A stretch of DNA of 50,822 nucleotides from positions 1 through 50,822 of IMG/VR virus record IMGVR_UViG_3300030450_002767, one strand, 5' to 3'. The notes under the pieces were generated by a model that was given only the letters and a program-made list of their open reading frames with translations, was not told the origin of the DNA and did no database searches. Each line of letters starts with the position of its first letter. The first letter of the stretch is position 1. The position numbers and the translations under genes are program-made. Origin of the DNA: a virus (taxonomy: Duplodnaviria > Caudoviricetes). This document shows, one piece after another, positions 7,781 to 16,776 of this stretch.

Positions 7781-7807
7781 ATTTTTTAAAATAAAAAGGA
7801 GGACATA

Positions 7808-7987
7808 ATGTCTAATATTACAAAACAAGTAAGTAAAAATGATTTTAAACAATATAAAGTTGTTCAAGAATCAGGTGATTATAATATGCTCGACCGAAGA
7901 GCTAGGGAATTAACATCTTTATCTAAAGATACTTGGTTTCTTATTGTTCAGAATTATTCTGAATTAAATGAGGCTTACTCTAAATGA
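7808..7987 (+). CDS. Small protein, DUF5049-like (59 aa)
   Basis: AAGGAGG SD; VQESGDYNMLD motif recalls the common phage xxSGxxNMxD family; below the ORF-track cutoff. Confidence 0.7.
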   Translation: MSNITKQVSKNDFKQYKVVQESGDYNMLDRRARELTSLSKDTWFLIVQNYSELNEAYSK

Positions 7988-8097
7988 TTAGTTTTTTATC
8001 ACAGCCATATGTATTTATAACTTTGTTAATTACTGCATATGGATTAATAACTTATTTAATATTTAATGATTATAAAGGAGGAAATGAAAATGATTAA
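7984..8097 (+). CDS. Single-pass membrane peptide (37 aa)
   Basis: ATGA overlap with the upstream gene; MISFLSQPYVFITLLITAYGLITYLIFNDYKGGNEND. Confidence 0.55.
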   Translation: MISFLSQPYVFITLLITAYGLITYLIFNDYKGGNEND

Positions 8098-8539
8098 ATA
8101 TCAACAAGGTGATGTTGTTTTAACAACTATGACACCTAGTGAAATAAAACATATGGAAAAGAATACTGCTAAATCTGACCCAGAGGATAATAGTTGGAGT
8201 CATGCTAGTCAAGCTAGGAATGAAGCATTTTCTAAAAGACAAAATACAACTTCTGATGCAAAATGTATACTTGCATTAGGTGAACATACAGGTCATCATC
8301 ACAGGTTTGAAGCTAATAAAATGAATGGATTTATAGCTGAAAGTATCTATGCGAATTATGATAGAATACATGAACCATCATATGTTAGAATTTCAGAAAC
8401 TAAAAAAACTTCTGGAAAGGGTGCAATGCTTTATCATGAAGAACATAATCCTATAACAATACCACCTGGTGTTTATAAAAAGACAATTGTTCGAGAGTTT
8501 GACCATTTAACATTAGATACAAGGAGGGTAGTAGATTGA
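8090..8539 (+). CDS. His-rich QGDV-family protein, usual partner of DUF6745 genes
   Basis: YQQGDV, LALGEHTGHHH and HEEHNPITIPPGVY..VREFD motifs; AAGGAGG SD. Confidence 0.8.
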   Translation: MIKYQQGDVVLTTMTPSEIKHMEKNTAKSDPEDNSWSHASQARNEAFSKRQNTTSDAKCILALGEHTGHHHRFEANKMNGFIAESIYANYDRIHEPSYVRISETKKTSGKGAMLYHEEHNPITIPPGVYKKTIVREFDHLTLDTRRVVD

Positions 8540-9549
8540 TGATACGTAGCGTATGGAACGATAAACAAAATTCTGAGCAGTTATTTGATAGGTTTGAAAG
8601 ACTAAAAAGTAACGGTATAGGCTCTGTTTGGATTGACCATGTTAATTATACTAGAAAAGCTATATGGGTATGTGTTGGTAAAAACAAGGTAGTTGCTTAT
8701 GATGATTATGCCAGTCATGGTATGAATATTGGAACACCATCTGTTGAATTAACAAAAGATTCTATTATAATACATGATAGAAGTTTCTTTAGTCAATCAG
8801 CTTGTTTACTTGGAATACCATTTAACAATGTAGTTAAATTGCATAGTAGATGGTCTAGATGGACTCGTCCTATTGACTCAGATATGAACGATACTAGTGT
8901 TGAAGGTCAGGATTGGTTAACTGATAAAAATCATACAAAAGAAATACCAGTTGGTAAAGGCTGGTATCATTATGAAGACGGAATGCCTACTAAACATCTT
9001 CCTTTAAAGTTTAATTGGGATTATGAATTAATTGATTTCAAATTACCTAAAAACTTTAAAAATAGTGCTAAAGAATGGCTTGAAGCTAGAAGAATCCAAA
9101 GAAATACATCTTCTCGTGCTAGATATGCTAATAGAAAAGCTGAAGAAAGAGTTGATAATGGAATCTATGAGATGGATGATATATTCAAGTTAAATAATGT
9201 ATCAATAAGAAGAATCTTGATTCAACATTTTGGTATGGATACTGTCTTAAATACTCTTGATTCTGAAATATTAGATATTGATACTATTGATAAAAGAGCA
9301 TATGAACTTGTTAAAGTAAGTATACCTGATAGTAATTCCGACTCTGGTTTTAGAGATGGTAATTATTTAAGAATGATTAATCCATCTACTGGAGAAACTC
9401 ATTTTGAAGGTGTGCCTAATCATAGACCAGAAGGACGAACTGGTTGGATGGGTCGTGAAGTTCTTGATGAACCAACAGTTAAATGTGCTTTAGCTTGGAG
9501 AGATAGTGATGCAAATCAAAAGTATGTCGAGCCAATTGTATTGACATGA
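8536..9549 (+). CDS. Protein with a C-terminal DUF6745-like domain
   Basis: NVSIRRILIQHFG, LRMINPSTGETHFEGVP and TVKCALAW motifs. Confidence 0.7.
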   Translation: MMIRSVWNDKQNSEQLFDRFERLKSNGIGSVWIDHVNYTRKAIWVCVGKNKVVAYDDYASHGMNIGTPSVELTKDSIIIHDRSFFSQSACLLGIPFNNVVKLHSRWSRWTRPIDSDMNDTSVEGQDWLTDKNHTKEIPVGKGWYHYEDGMPTKHLPLKFNWDYELIDFKLPKNFKNSAKEWLEARRIQRNTSSRARYANRKAEERVDNGIYEMDDIFKLNNVSIRRILIQHFGMDTVLNTLDSEILDIDTIDKRAYELVKVSIPDSNSDSGFRDGNYLRMINPSTGETHFEGVPNHRPEGRTGWMGREVLDEPTVKCALAWRDSDANQKYVEPIVLT

Positions 9550-9755
9550 TTACAGAAAAAGATATTATTATGGACAATATATATGAAACAATACAATTAG
9601 GAGATTGGTTAGGAGATATATGTGATGATGAGGTTAAAAGAAAAGATGTCATTCATTATATGATGGAAGATTTTAGTTTAGATAAACCTACTGCTGAACA
9701 GTTATTAGAAATGTTTTATTTAAACAATATCGACTTAGAACCTAGCTGGAAATAA
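9546..9755 (+). CDS. Hypothetical acidic protein
   Basis: ATGA coupling; 69 aa. Confidence 0.75.
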   Translation: MITEKDIIMDNIYETIQLGDWLGDICDDEVKRKDVIHYMMEDFSLDKPTAEQLLEMFYLNNIDLEPSWK

Positions 9756-9764
9756 AGTTAAATA

Positions 9765-9890
9765 TGAAATAGAGATAAGATGGGTTTGTGCAATCCAAGA
9801 AGGTAGTCAATCCATGCACCACATTAGTTTGTGTATATTTGAGTTAATCGGAAGAACCGTAGCGCTCATCGATTCTTGTCTCTATTTTCA
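9765..9890 (+). ncRNA. Putative structured intergenic RNA (~125 nt)
   Basis: TGAAATAGAGATAAGA/TCTTGTCTCTATTTTCA closing stem; inner GATGGG/CTCATC, GTGCA/TGCAC and CGG/CCG arms. Confidence 0.55.
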
Positions 9891-9904
9891 TGAAAAGAGG
9901 GCTT

Positions 9905-10144
9905 ATGTTAAAAAGTAAAAAACAATATGTTCGTGGTGCATATCATATTAAAAACCACTATGGTAATGATTTACCTTTATACTCATTTAAGAGATTTATT
10001 AAAAATATAGGTCGAAAATATAAATTTCATTGGAGTTTAAATAAAGTTATTAACTGGACTAAGTATTCTTATACTTACTTAGATGATAATTTTACAGTAT
10101 GTGATAAAATTAAAATAATGTATATATATAAAAGGATAACATGA
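9905..10144 (+). CDS. Hypothetical basic protein
   Basis: GAGG SD before ATG 9905; ATGA overlap with the next gene. Confidence 0.6.
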   Translation: MLKSKKQYVRGAYHIKNHYGNDLPLYSFKRFIKNIGRKYKFHWSLNKVINWTKYSYTYLDDNFTVCDKIKIMYIYKRIT

Positions 10145-10548
10145 AATTAAAACAATTACAAGTAGTTAAAACTACTCAAGAACAAGAACTAGATATAGTT
10201 CAAGTCTGGGAATCTGGTATAGATAGGTCTGAATTCAATTGGATAAAATTGGGATATGTATGCTATGGTATGCAAAATGATGTGGGATATTCTAGATTAT
10301 ATGTTATGCTAGGAATTAAGCGGGATGCGAAGAATAAGCTAAAGCCAACTATTGTTGAAGTTACAGAAAAATATTATTCCTGTGAAGGAAATTATGATTA
10401 TGAAGAATTTGAACTACATCATTCCCCAAGGAAAAATCATCATGCTCAAGATATAGTTTATTATAAATGTCCTAGAAATTTTAATGCTGTATTGGAAACA
10501 ATTATAGGCAAAGATACTAGGACTAAAGATAAAGGAGAATGGATTTGA
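10141..10548 (+). CDS. Hypothetical protein
   Basis: AAGGA SD; 135 aa. Confidence 0.8.
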   Translation: MKLKQLQVVKTTQEQELDIVQVWESGIDRSEFNWIKLGYVCYGMQNDVGYSRLYVMLGIKRDAKNKLKPTIVEVTEKYYSCEGNYDYEEFELHHSPRKNHHAQDIVYYKCPRNFNAVLETIIGKDTRTKDKGEWI

Positions 10549-10790
10549 ATAAAAAATGGTACGATGTAGGAGAATTATTTGACATCGAAAAAGATATGCC
10601 TTGGTATATAAAAGAAATGAAGCCTTACAAACCCAATGACCAAAGAGTATGGACTAAGATAAAAGTAAAACTTTGTCCAGAATGCAATGATTGCTGGGAA
10701 TATGACAGATATAGTAGAGAAAGAATATTTGTATATGATGAGTTTCCAAAATATAAACTAAAAAAGGAAACTTGTGTAAGATGCAAATAG
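10539..10790 (+). CDS. Zinc-ribbon protein
   Basis: CPEC..CW and a C-terminal CVRC; AAGGAG SD. Confidence 0.8.
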   Translation: MDLNKKWYDVGELFDIEKDMPWYIKEMKPYKPNDQRVWTKIKVKLCPECNDCWEYDRYSRERIFVYDEFPKYKLKKETCVRCK

Positions 10791-10793
10791 AAC

Positions 10794-10823
10794 TTGATTT
10801 ATATAATAATTTATATTTAAATT
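10794..10823 (+). promoter_or_regulatory. Possible sigma70-type promoter
   Basis: TTGATT-18 nt-TAAATT in an AT-only gap, just ahead of the GAGG SD. Confidence 0.4.
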
Positions 10824-10834
10824 AAAGGTGAGGT

Positions 10835-11146
10835 ATGGAAATTAAACAAGACACTTTAGAAAAGATGCTAAATGTTTCTTATCGTAATATATATAGTAAT
10901 AGCGATAAGATAAGAGCATCACTTAAAGGTGATTATTATGCTCAGAAAATTATTGAAATAAGAAGTATGAGTAAGTTTAAGCTAACTAAGTTTATATCTG
11001 ATACGAAAAGTAAAAAGGGCGTAAAGCTCGGATATAGAATAGCAAGAGTTAGTTCTTCTAAGATATATAGAAAGTTGGACTCCGAAATTCAACAGGACAT
11101 AGAACTTATTAATTATGCCCGTAATAGGTTATATGCTAAAATCTAA
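10835..11146 (+). CDS. Hypothetical basic protein (possible nucleic-acid binder)
   Basis: GGTGAGG SD; K/R-rich 103 aa. Confidence 0.75.
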   Translation: MEIKQDTLEKMLNVSYRNIYSNSDKIRASLKGDYYAQKIIEIRSMSKFKLTKFISDTKSKKGVKLGYRIARVSSSKIYRKLDSEIQQDIELINYARNRLYAKI

Positions 11147-11156
11147 GAAGGATATC

Positions 11157-11205
11157 GTGGCTCTCTCAGCAGTTTTTTTATACATTTATTCTCTGAGAGA
11201 GTCAC
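11157..11205 (+). promoter_or_regulatory. 13-bp hairpin covering the initiation region of the next gene
   Basis: GTGGCTCTCTCAG/CTGAGAGAGTCAC ends just before the TTG start at 11207. Confidence 0.6.
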
Positions 11206-11206
11206 T

Positions 11207-11422
11207 TTGAATCAAAAGATAGTTAACAAAATCAAAGAACGACTTGAAAAAGGTAAAAAAGAATACGGTGATGAGCTTAATGTTCATGATGGTAGAGATT
11301 GGTTACAAGAATCGATAGAAGAATTACTCGATACTTGTGTATACTTATCTGCTTTTGCACTACAACTTCAAGAAAGGACTAAAAATGAAAATAAATCAAA
11401 CAATAATAAAAAAAGAGTTTAG
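11207..11422 (+). CDS. All-alpha (MazG/DUF5664-like) dNTP pyrophosphohydrolase-like protein
   Basis: GKKEYG...DWLQESIEELLDTCVY pattern (GxxxYG, ExxEExxD). Confidence 0.65.
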   Translation: MNQKIVNKIKERLEKGKKEYGDELNVHDGRDWLQESIEELLDTCVYLSAFALQLQERTKNENKSNNNKKRV

Positions 11423-11585
11423 CAAAGCAAGGGTTCAGCTAAGTGCCAATACTCTTGACATGATTAATCGTGAATTATTAATGACTGTTAAGAGAATGGC
11501 TCAAAGATGTGTTGATGGTAATGTTAAAAGATTAACACCTGAACTATTTTATGTTGCTTTAGGGAAATTAAATAACGATGCTTGA
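11385..11585 (+). CDS. Histone-fold protein (66 aa)
   Basis: AAGGA SD before ATG 11385; short helix, RVQLSANT loop, long helix, KRLTPELF loop, short helix, as in prokaryotic histones. Confidence 0.7.
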   Translation: MKINQTIIKKEFSKARVQLSANTLDMINRELLMTVKRMAQRCVDGNVKRLTPELFYVALGKLNNDA

Positions 11586-11745
11586 TACAATAGCAATAAC
11601 AAATGATAATTTTATTTCTTTTATATATTGGTTAGTGGATGAAAACTATATAAGCGACAACTCTAGAGCTGTTTGTTTAGTAGTAGAAAAACCCTGGAAA
11701 TATCAAAAAGAATATGAGGTGTTTATAGATGAGCAATATGAATAA
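11578..11745 (+). CDS. Small hypothetical protein (55 aa)
   Basis: Fills the gap and overlaps both neighbours; contains VVEKPWKYQKEYE. Confidence 0.7.
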   Translation: MLDTIAITNDNFISFIYWLVDENYISDNSRAVCLVVEKPWKYQKEYEVFIDEQYE

Positions 11746-11956
11746 TAAAATATATGCTAATATGGCTACTCATAGATATCAACAGCTTGTAAAGCTATTA
11801 GGTCAAATAGAGAATGTTGACAGACAAAGAATGTCTAATTCTAGTCAAATTTGGCTTGATGAAATATGGTCACTCTTAGGTCTCCCTACCTATGAGGAGA
11901 ATCAAAAATTAATTAGGGAAAGTGCGGAACATTTAAAAAGTGATGAGGAGGAATAA
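11729..11956 (+). CDS. Hypothetical protein
   Basis: GAGGT SD; 75 aa; TAATG coupling to the next gene. Confidence 0.75.
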   Translation: MSNMNNKIYANMATHRYQQLVKLLGQIENVDRQRMSNSSQIWLDEIWSLLGLPTYEENQKLIRESAEHLKSDEEE

Positions 11957-12957
11957 TGAGTCACATGATTGAAAGTATGTTCTATGTTGGGGATAAACCT
12001 TGGCATGGAATTGGTACACCATTAGAAAAGTCTCCAAGTATAGAAGATGCTTTGGAGCTAGCTGGCCTTGATTGGAAAGTTAAAAAAATACCAACCTTCT
12101 ATAATAGCACTAGTAAGTTAGGGTTTAAAACTAATTTACCAACTGGTCATTTTGTTACCATTAGAGATAATGGACAAGTACTAGGTAATGTAGGTACTAA
12201 ATATGAAATATTACAAAATGTAGATGCTTTTGCACCATTTAATGTGATAAAAGATTATGGTTATACATTAGAAACTGCTGGTTCTATTGATGATGGTAAG
12301 AGAGTTTGGATACTTGCAAAGACTCCAGACCATTACCTTGTTGGTGATGATAAAATTCTAGACTATGTATTGTTATATACTAGTCATGATGGCAGTTCTG
12401 GTAGTTGTTTTAGAGATGTATTTATCCGTGTTGTTTGTCAGAATACACTTTCTGCGTCACTTTCTGGTAAAAAGACATTTGAATACAAACTAAGACATAC
12501 TAGTAGTATAAAAGACAGAGTTACTGAGCTAACTGATAAGTTACATAATCGTAAGGGTAATATAGCTAAAGCAGTAGATTCAATGAACTCATTTCTTGAT
12601 ATTCCAATGAATGAAAAAGACCTTGATATTTATTTAGATGCAGTAATGCCATTCTTGAATAATAGACATAAGGAATCAAACAAAGAACTTGGAATATTAA
12701 CTAGAAATAAAGCTCTTCCAGTTTATAATGCTATTAAACAAGCATTTTATACTGGTAAAGGAAATAAAGGTGAGACATTATGGGATGCTTATAACGCAGT
12801 TACTGAGTATCACGACCATATTAAATCTCACACTCAAGATTGGGTAAAATCTACTCAATTTGGAGCTTCTAGTAGACATAAGAAAAATGCTTTCTTTGTT
12901 GCTAGTCAGATTGTTAAAAAGCATAATACGAAAACTACAATTGGAGGACTATCTTGA
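11956..12957 (+). CDS. DUF932 (TIGR03299-like) phage/plasmid protein
   Basis: PWHGIG, AGLDW, ETAGSIDDGKRVW, SHDGS, RVVCQNTL, RHT and TLWDAYNAVTEY motifs. Confidence 0.92.
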   Translation: MSHMIESMFYVGDKPWHGIGTPLEKSPSIEDALELAGLDWKVKKIPTFYNSTSKLGFKTNLPTGHFVTIRDNGQVLGNVGTKYEILQNVDAFAPFNVIKDYGYTLETAGSIDDGKRVWILAKTPDHYLVGDDKILDYVLLYTSHDGSSGSCFRDVFIRVVCQNTLSASLSGKKTFEYKLRHTSSIKDRVTELTDKLHNRKGNIAKAVDSMNSFLDIPMNEKDLDIYLDAVMPFLNNRHKESNKELGILTRNKALPVYNAIKQAFYTGKGNKGETLWDAYNAVTEYHDHIKSHTQDWVKSTQFGASSRHKKNAFFVASQIVKKHNTKTTIGGLS

Positions 12958-13793
12958 AAATGGTAGAAACAATAATGGCAGAACATCCTTATCAACTTCG
13001 TAAAGAAGATTATGAGGAGTTTAAAGAAACTCTAAATACTGGGTTTACTGCTGAATATTTATCTTGGTCAGTTTGCTGGGATAAATTAAAACAGATGTAT
13101 CCTTATGCTGTTGCAGAGAATGTTGTATATGAATATGATGGAAAACCTATCTTTGGGATTATGTTCCCAGATGGCTCTATTCAGGTTCATTGTAGAATCC
13201 ATTATGAAAATGCGGATGGTAATTCCTATTCTCATAATGAATATCTAGCGGTTAGAGATAAACGCAATCAAGCAATATCTAATCCGAATTCAGCACAAGT
13301 AGAAAATACTTATCGCAGAGCTTTGGCTAAAGGTGTTTCAACATTAACTGGCTATGGTATTAGTTTGTGGATGAATGAAGACCTTCGAGAAATGATGCAT
13401 ACTGAGACTCGCTTAGATGCGTCTGTTCCTAAAGAAGGTGAAATTACAGTAGACCAGAATGTTAAACTTGATAAACTAATGCGTGACCCAAAGACAACTA
13501 AATCTGATAAAGCCAGGATTAAAGCTTTAAAAGATAATAATTGGAAAGTCGATGGTGTTGTTATCACTGAAGTTATTGCGCAAGCTTTAATAGGTGATGT
13601 TGAAATTGGTAGAAAGTCAAATATGAAAGCTACTAAGAAATCTATTGATTCTTTAAAAGAGAAGATATTAGATGATAATAATGGTTTAACTGATGATATT
13701 CGCAAGAAGAGTATCGGGTGGTTAGATGAACAACCTAGAACAGTAGGAGAAGTGCTAGCCATTACTCTTAAACTAGGATTAAAGGAGGACTAA
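12954..13793 (+). CDS. Single-strand annealing protein, Sak3/DUF1071 (Rad52-like), with C-terminal extension
   Basis: YLSWSVCWDKLKQMYP...RRALAKG...GYGISLW..ED. Confidence 0.8.
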   Translation: MKMVETIMAEHPYQLRKEDYEEFKETLNTGFTAEYLSWSVCWDKLKQMYPYAVAENVVYEYDGKPIFGIMFPDGSIQVHCRIHYENADGNSYSHNEYLAVRDKRNQAISNPNSAQVENTYRRALAKGVSTLTGYGISLWMNEDLREMMHTETRLDASVPKEGEITVDQNVKLDKLMRDPKTTKSDKARIKALKDNNWKVDGVVITEVIAQALIGDVEIGRKSNMKATKKSIDSLKEKILDDNNGLTDDIRKKSIGWLDEQPRTVGEVLAITLKLGLKED

Positions 13794-14420
13794 ATGTCTG
13801 GATTTACATTAGAAAAAAGCACTAGTAATCAATCTCAAAAAGATTGGCCTAAAGGTGTTTATATTGACCGTGTAAAGATAACTAAAGTTGAAAATAAAGA
13901 GAGCAAATGGAATGACATTAACCTCTTTATAGAAGCTGAAGATGTCAGCGGTAGGAGTAAATATCCTAAAAAGTTCTTTCTTGGTGGTAAGCATCTTAAA
14001 GACGGAGATAAATTCGTTGGATGGGGCTCTACTAGCAAGGGAGTTACTGGTGGTAGCTGGAAAGTAAGAGATTTTCTTATTGATGCAGGTATTGAAAAAT
14101 CTACTAATATGATTACCGAAGATGGTAGTCTTTCTGATGAGATAATTGCTGATTTGCATGGTCGTGAAGTGTTTATACTTCAATATGATTCAAACGGTAA
14201 ATATTCTCGTGAGACTTGGTATTATTTTCAATCCCCTGAAAATGGAGATGCAATTAAAGACTTATTAGCAAAGTGGAATGGCTTTGATGATAAACCTAAT
14301 AAGTATCTTCATTCAAATAAGATAGAAGTTCAGAATAAGAAGCTTAACAACATGTGGGATAATCTTCCTGCTGGAAAAAGCGATACTGAATCTGAGCTAG
14401 ACTCTGTTTTAGGCGGTTAA
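13794..14420 (+). CDS. Probable ssDNA-binding protein (DUF669-like OB fold)
   Basis: Follows the annealase; N-terminal PKGVY..VKITKVE; acidic C-terminal tail. Confidence 0.55.
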   Translation: MSGFTLEKSTSNQSQKDWPKGVYIDRVKITKVENKESKWNDINLFIEAEDVSGRSKYPKKFFLGGKHLKDGDKFVGWGSTSKGVTGGSWKVRDFLIDAGIEKSTNMITEDGSLSDEIIADLHGREVFILQYDSNGKYSRETWYYFQSPENGDAIKDLLAKWNGFDDKPNKYLHSNKIEVQNKKLNNMWDNLPAGKSDTESELDSVLGG

Positions 14421-14755
14421 TGTCTTACGATTTTAGTAAGGTGTTAGAAAGAAGCAATGGAACTAAGGGGCGTGGCAATTCTGCCATGCTCCTTGAGTTT
14501 CTAAAAAATAAAAGAGGTCAAACCATTGCTAATCATGTAATCCAAACTGATGCTGTTAATTATCTAAATAATATGTATGGGAAATTAGTATCTCCTGATA
14601 CATTAAGTAGATTATGGAGAAGCTTGCGTGAGGAATATAATGATGATAAAAATAATTCTAAACTTTTTAAGTTTGGGATAAGCGTTTCTGAAAAGAAAGA
14701 GAATAAATCAACTCAAAAACATTATTACATAGGATTTTCAAATGAACATAGCTGA
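14420..14755 (+). CDS. Probable winged-helix DNA-binding protein
   Basis: SPDTLSRLWRSLRE recognition-helix-like segment followed by a beta hairpin. Confidence 0.55.
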   Translation: MSYDFSKVLERSNGTKGRGNSAMLLEFLKNKRGQTIANHVIQTDAVNYLNNMYGKLVSPDTLSRLWRSLREEYNDDKNNSKLFKFGISVSEKKENKSTQKHYYIGFSNEHS

Positions 14756-14927
14756 TATTAGTGAATTTGTAGATATTGAATACCCTGATGTTTGTGATGA
14801 ATGTGGAAAAACATGCGAAGGCAATGTTGCTGAAGTGGATGGTATTGGTAAATACTGTGCATATGAAAATGATGGAGAACTTTATGGTTGTTATTATGAG
14901 GTTAAAGAAGAGATAGCCAATGAATAG
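14742..14927 (+). CDS. Small acidic Cys-rich protein
   Basis: CDECGKTC..C..C; overlaps both neighbours. Confidence 0.7.
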   Translation: MNIADISEFVDIEYPDVCDECGKTCEGNVAEVDGIGKYCAYENDGELYGCYYEVKEEIANE

Positions 14928-16776
14928 TGATATTCGTATGGTAGAGGTTGCCACAGGACATGTGTCTAATCGTAGCCAAGCTGTTCTTGTTGAAAATCTC
15001 AATGACTATATCTTTAAAAAAGAAGATAGAACAGAAACATATCATAGTTGGTATGTATTTGATGAGCAACTAGACCAACATATAAAAGCCACAGGAAGTA
15101 TACAGGGTTATAATGGGGTTTATTATATAAATAACATTATACTTGATTACGATAAGAAAGACTTAGATGATACTCAACTATATGATGCTGTTAAATTTCT
15201 TGTTAATACTGAAATGATAAATGATTTAGGTATTGAAAAAGAACATATAATAATATGGTATAGTGGTACAGGTTTTCATATTGAAATGCCAGATGTATTT
15301 GGCTTTGCCCCTTCCACTACTTTGCCTGGGACTGTAAAAGAAACACTGTCTTCCTTATTTCCAGAATGTGACTCTATCTATGATGGAGCTAGGCTTATAA
15401 GAGCTGGATATTCATATAATCAAAAGAAAGGGAATTTTAAAGTACCTTTTTATGTTGATGATTTTAATAATCACAATATGGATTATATAAAAGAATGCTC
15501 TAATAACTTAGAATCTTCTGAATGGTGTAAAATTGCATCATTTTCGAATGAAAAATGGGGTAAAATTACACCATATTTGAATGAATATATAAAATACCCA
15601 TCTTTTAATACAAAGAATCCAACTACTGTTAGAACTGAATTTAAGATTGACCCTAATAGCGTTGTTACTTGTATGCAAAGTGTTCTTGGTTCTACTCCTC
15701 CTGCTGGTGAGAGAAATGATACAATGATGAGGATTGCATCTTGGATGAGACGCAATGGAATGCCAGAAAAGGTGGTAGAACATACTTTATCACAATGGTC
15801 AGGATTACCAGATGAGGCTAAAAGATGCTCTCAAAGAGTATTTGATGAGGCTTATGAGTATAGTTGTAGTGATTACATTATGTCAAAATATTGTAAACCT
15901 AACTGTATACACTTTAAACATAAGGATTACAATTTAAATATATTGAATCCAGCAGATATGGAAGAAAAGTTTGAGGAGTTCATGTCAAAAGACTTCACAA
16001 ATATGGCTTTTAATTTTGCTGACTTATATGAATTAAGTAGTGATTTCTGGGTGTATCCTGGTGAGCTTGTTGTAGTTACTGGTAATACAGGACTGGGTAA
16101 ATCTACTTGGGTTATGAATCTAGTTTCTAGACTTACTAACATGAGTTGCCTATTCCTATCTTTAGAGAATAGTTTCCATTTAACATTTAGAAGATTTGTT
16201 CAGATGACAGCATCATTAAGTAAAGATGATGTTATGTCTGCTTATCAAAAGCCTACTCAAGGTATTTTAAATTTAGATGGTAATGCCAAGCCAGAATATT
16301 ATAGGGCGTTTAAGCATATAAATATTCTGTGTGAATCTCCAGAGTTAAAAAAACTACAAGAGACTATTGCTCGAATTCAACCAAAAATAGTTGTTGTTGA
16401 TACCACTGATATGGTTTGGGTAAAAGGTGTTCAAGATGAATTAAGCAAGATGAATGACATTATTAATGGATTAAAGTCGACAGCCCAAAGTCAAGAATGC
16501 ATTATTATTGCTGTTCATCACATTAATAAGCAAGCTATGCATGATGGTATCACAACAATTACTAGCTTAAAAGGTAGTACTAATGTTGTTCAAAAGGCTG
16601 ATAAAGTTCTAGCTATCAATGGTGATAATAACGATAATCTTCGTTCTTTACATTCTGAGAAAGCTAGAGATGATGGTAATATTAAAATAATGTTTGATTT
16701 TAATAAGCGAGATATGACATTCAATCAGGTTATAGATTCTGGTGGATTTGTGATGAATAGGAGTGATAATAAATGA
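14920..16776 (+). CDS. AEP primase(-polymerase) fused to a DnaB-like SF4 helicase
   Basis: ILDYD and WYSGTGFHI (AEP motifs I/II), GERND (PriCT-like), Cys cluster, YPGELVVVTGNTGLGKST Walker A, VVVDT Walker B, KAR finger. Confidence 0.9.
   Translation: MNSDIRMVEVATGHVSNRSQAVLVENLNDYIFKKEDRTETYHSWYVFDEQLDQHIKATGSIQGYNGVYYINNIILDYDKKDLDDTQLYDAVKFLVNTEMINDLGIEKEHIIIWYSGTGFHIEMPDVFGFAPSTTLPGTVKETLSSLFPECDSIYDGARLIRAGYSYNQKKGNFKVPFYVDDFNNHNMDYIKECSNNLESSEWCKIASFSNEKWGKITPYLNEYIKYPSFNTKNPTTVRTEFKIDPNSVVTCMQSVLGSTPPAGERNDTMMRIASWMRRNGMPEKVVEHTLSQWSGLPDEAKRCSQRVFDEAYEYSCSDYIMSKYCKPNCIHFKHKDYNLNILNPADMEEKFEEFMSKDFTNMAFNFADLYELSSDFWVYPGELVVVTGNTGLGKSTWVMNLVSRLTNMSCLFLSLENSFHLTFRRFVQMTASLSKDDVMSAYQKPTQGILNLDGNAKPEYYRAFKHINILCESPELKKLQETIARIQPKIVVVDTTDMVWVKGVQDELSKMNDIINGLKSTAQSQECIIIAVHHINKQAMHDGITTITSLKGSTNVVQKADKVLAINGDNNDNLRSLHSEKARDDGNIKIMFDFNKRDMTFNQVIDSGGFVMNRSDNK

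Noticed and set aside
4790-7800. CRISPR mini-array in the non-coding region
   Set aside because: No repeated 25-40-nt units with regular spacers; the repeats are inverted and unique
11207-11422. Possible Z-base (2-aminoadenine) or other modified-base pathway suggested by the MazG-like gene
   Set aside because: No PurZ, HD-domain dATPase, dedicated DNA polymerase or other modification enzyme recognised
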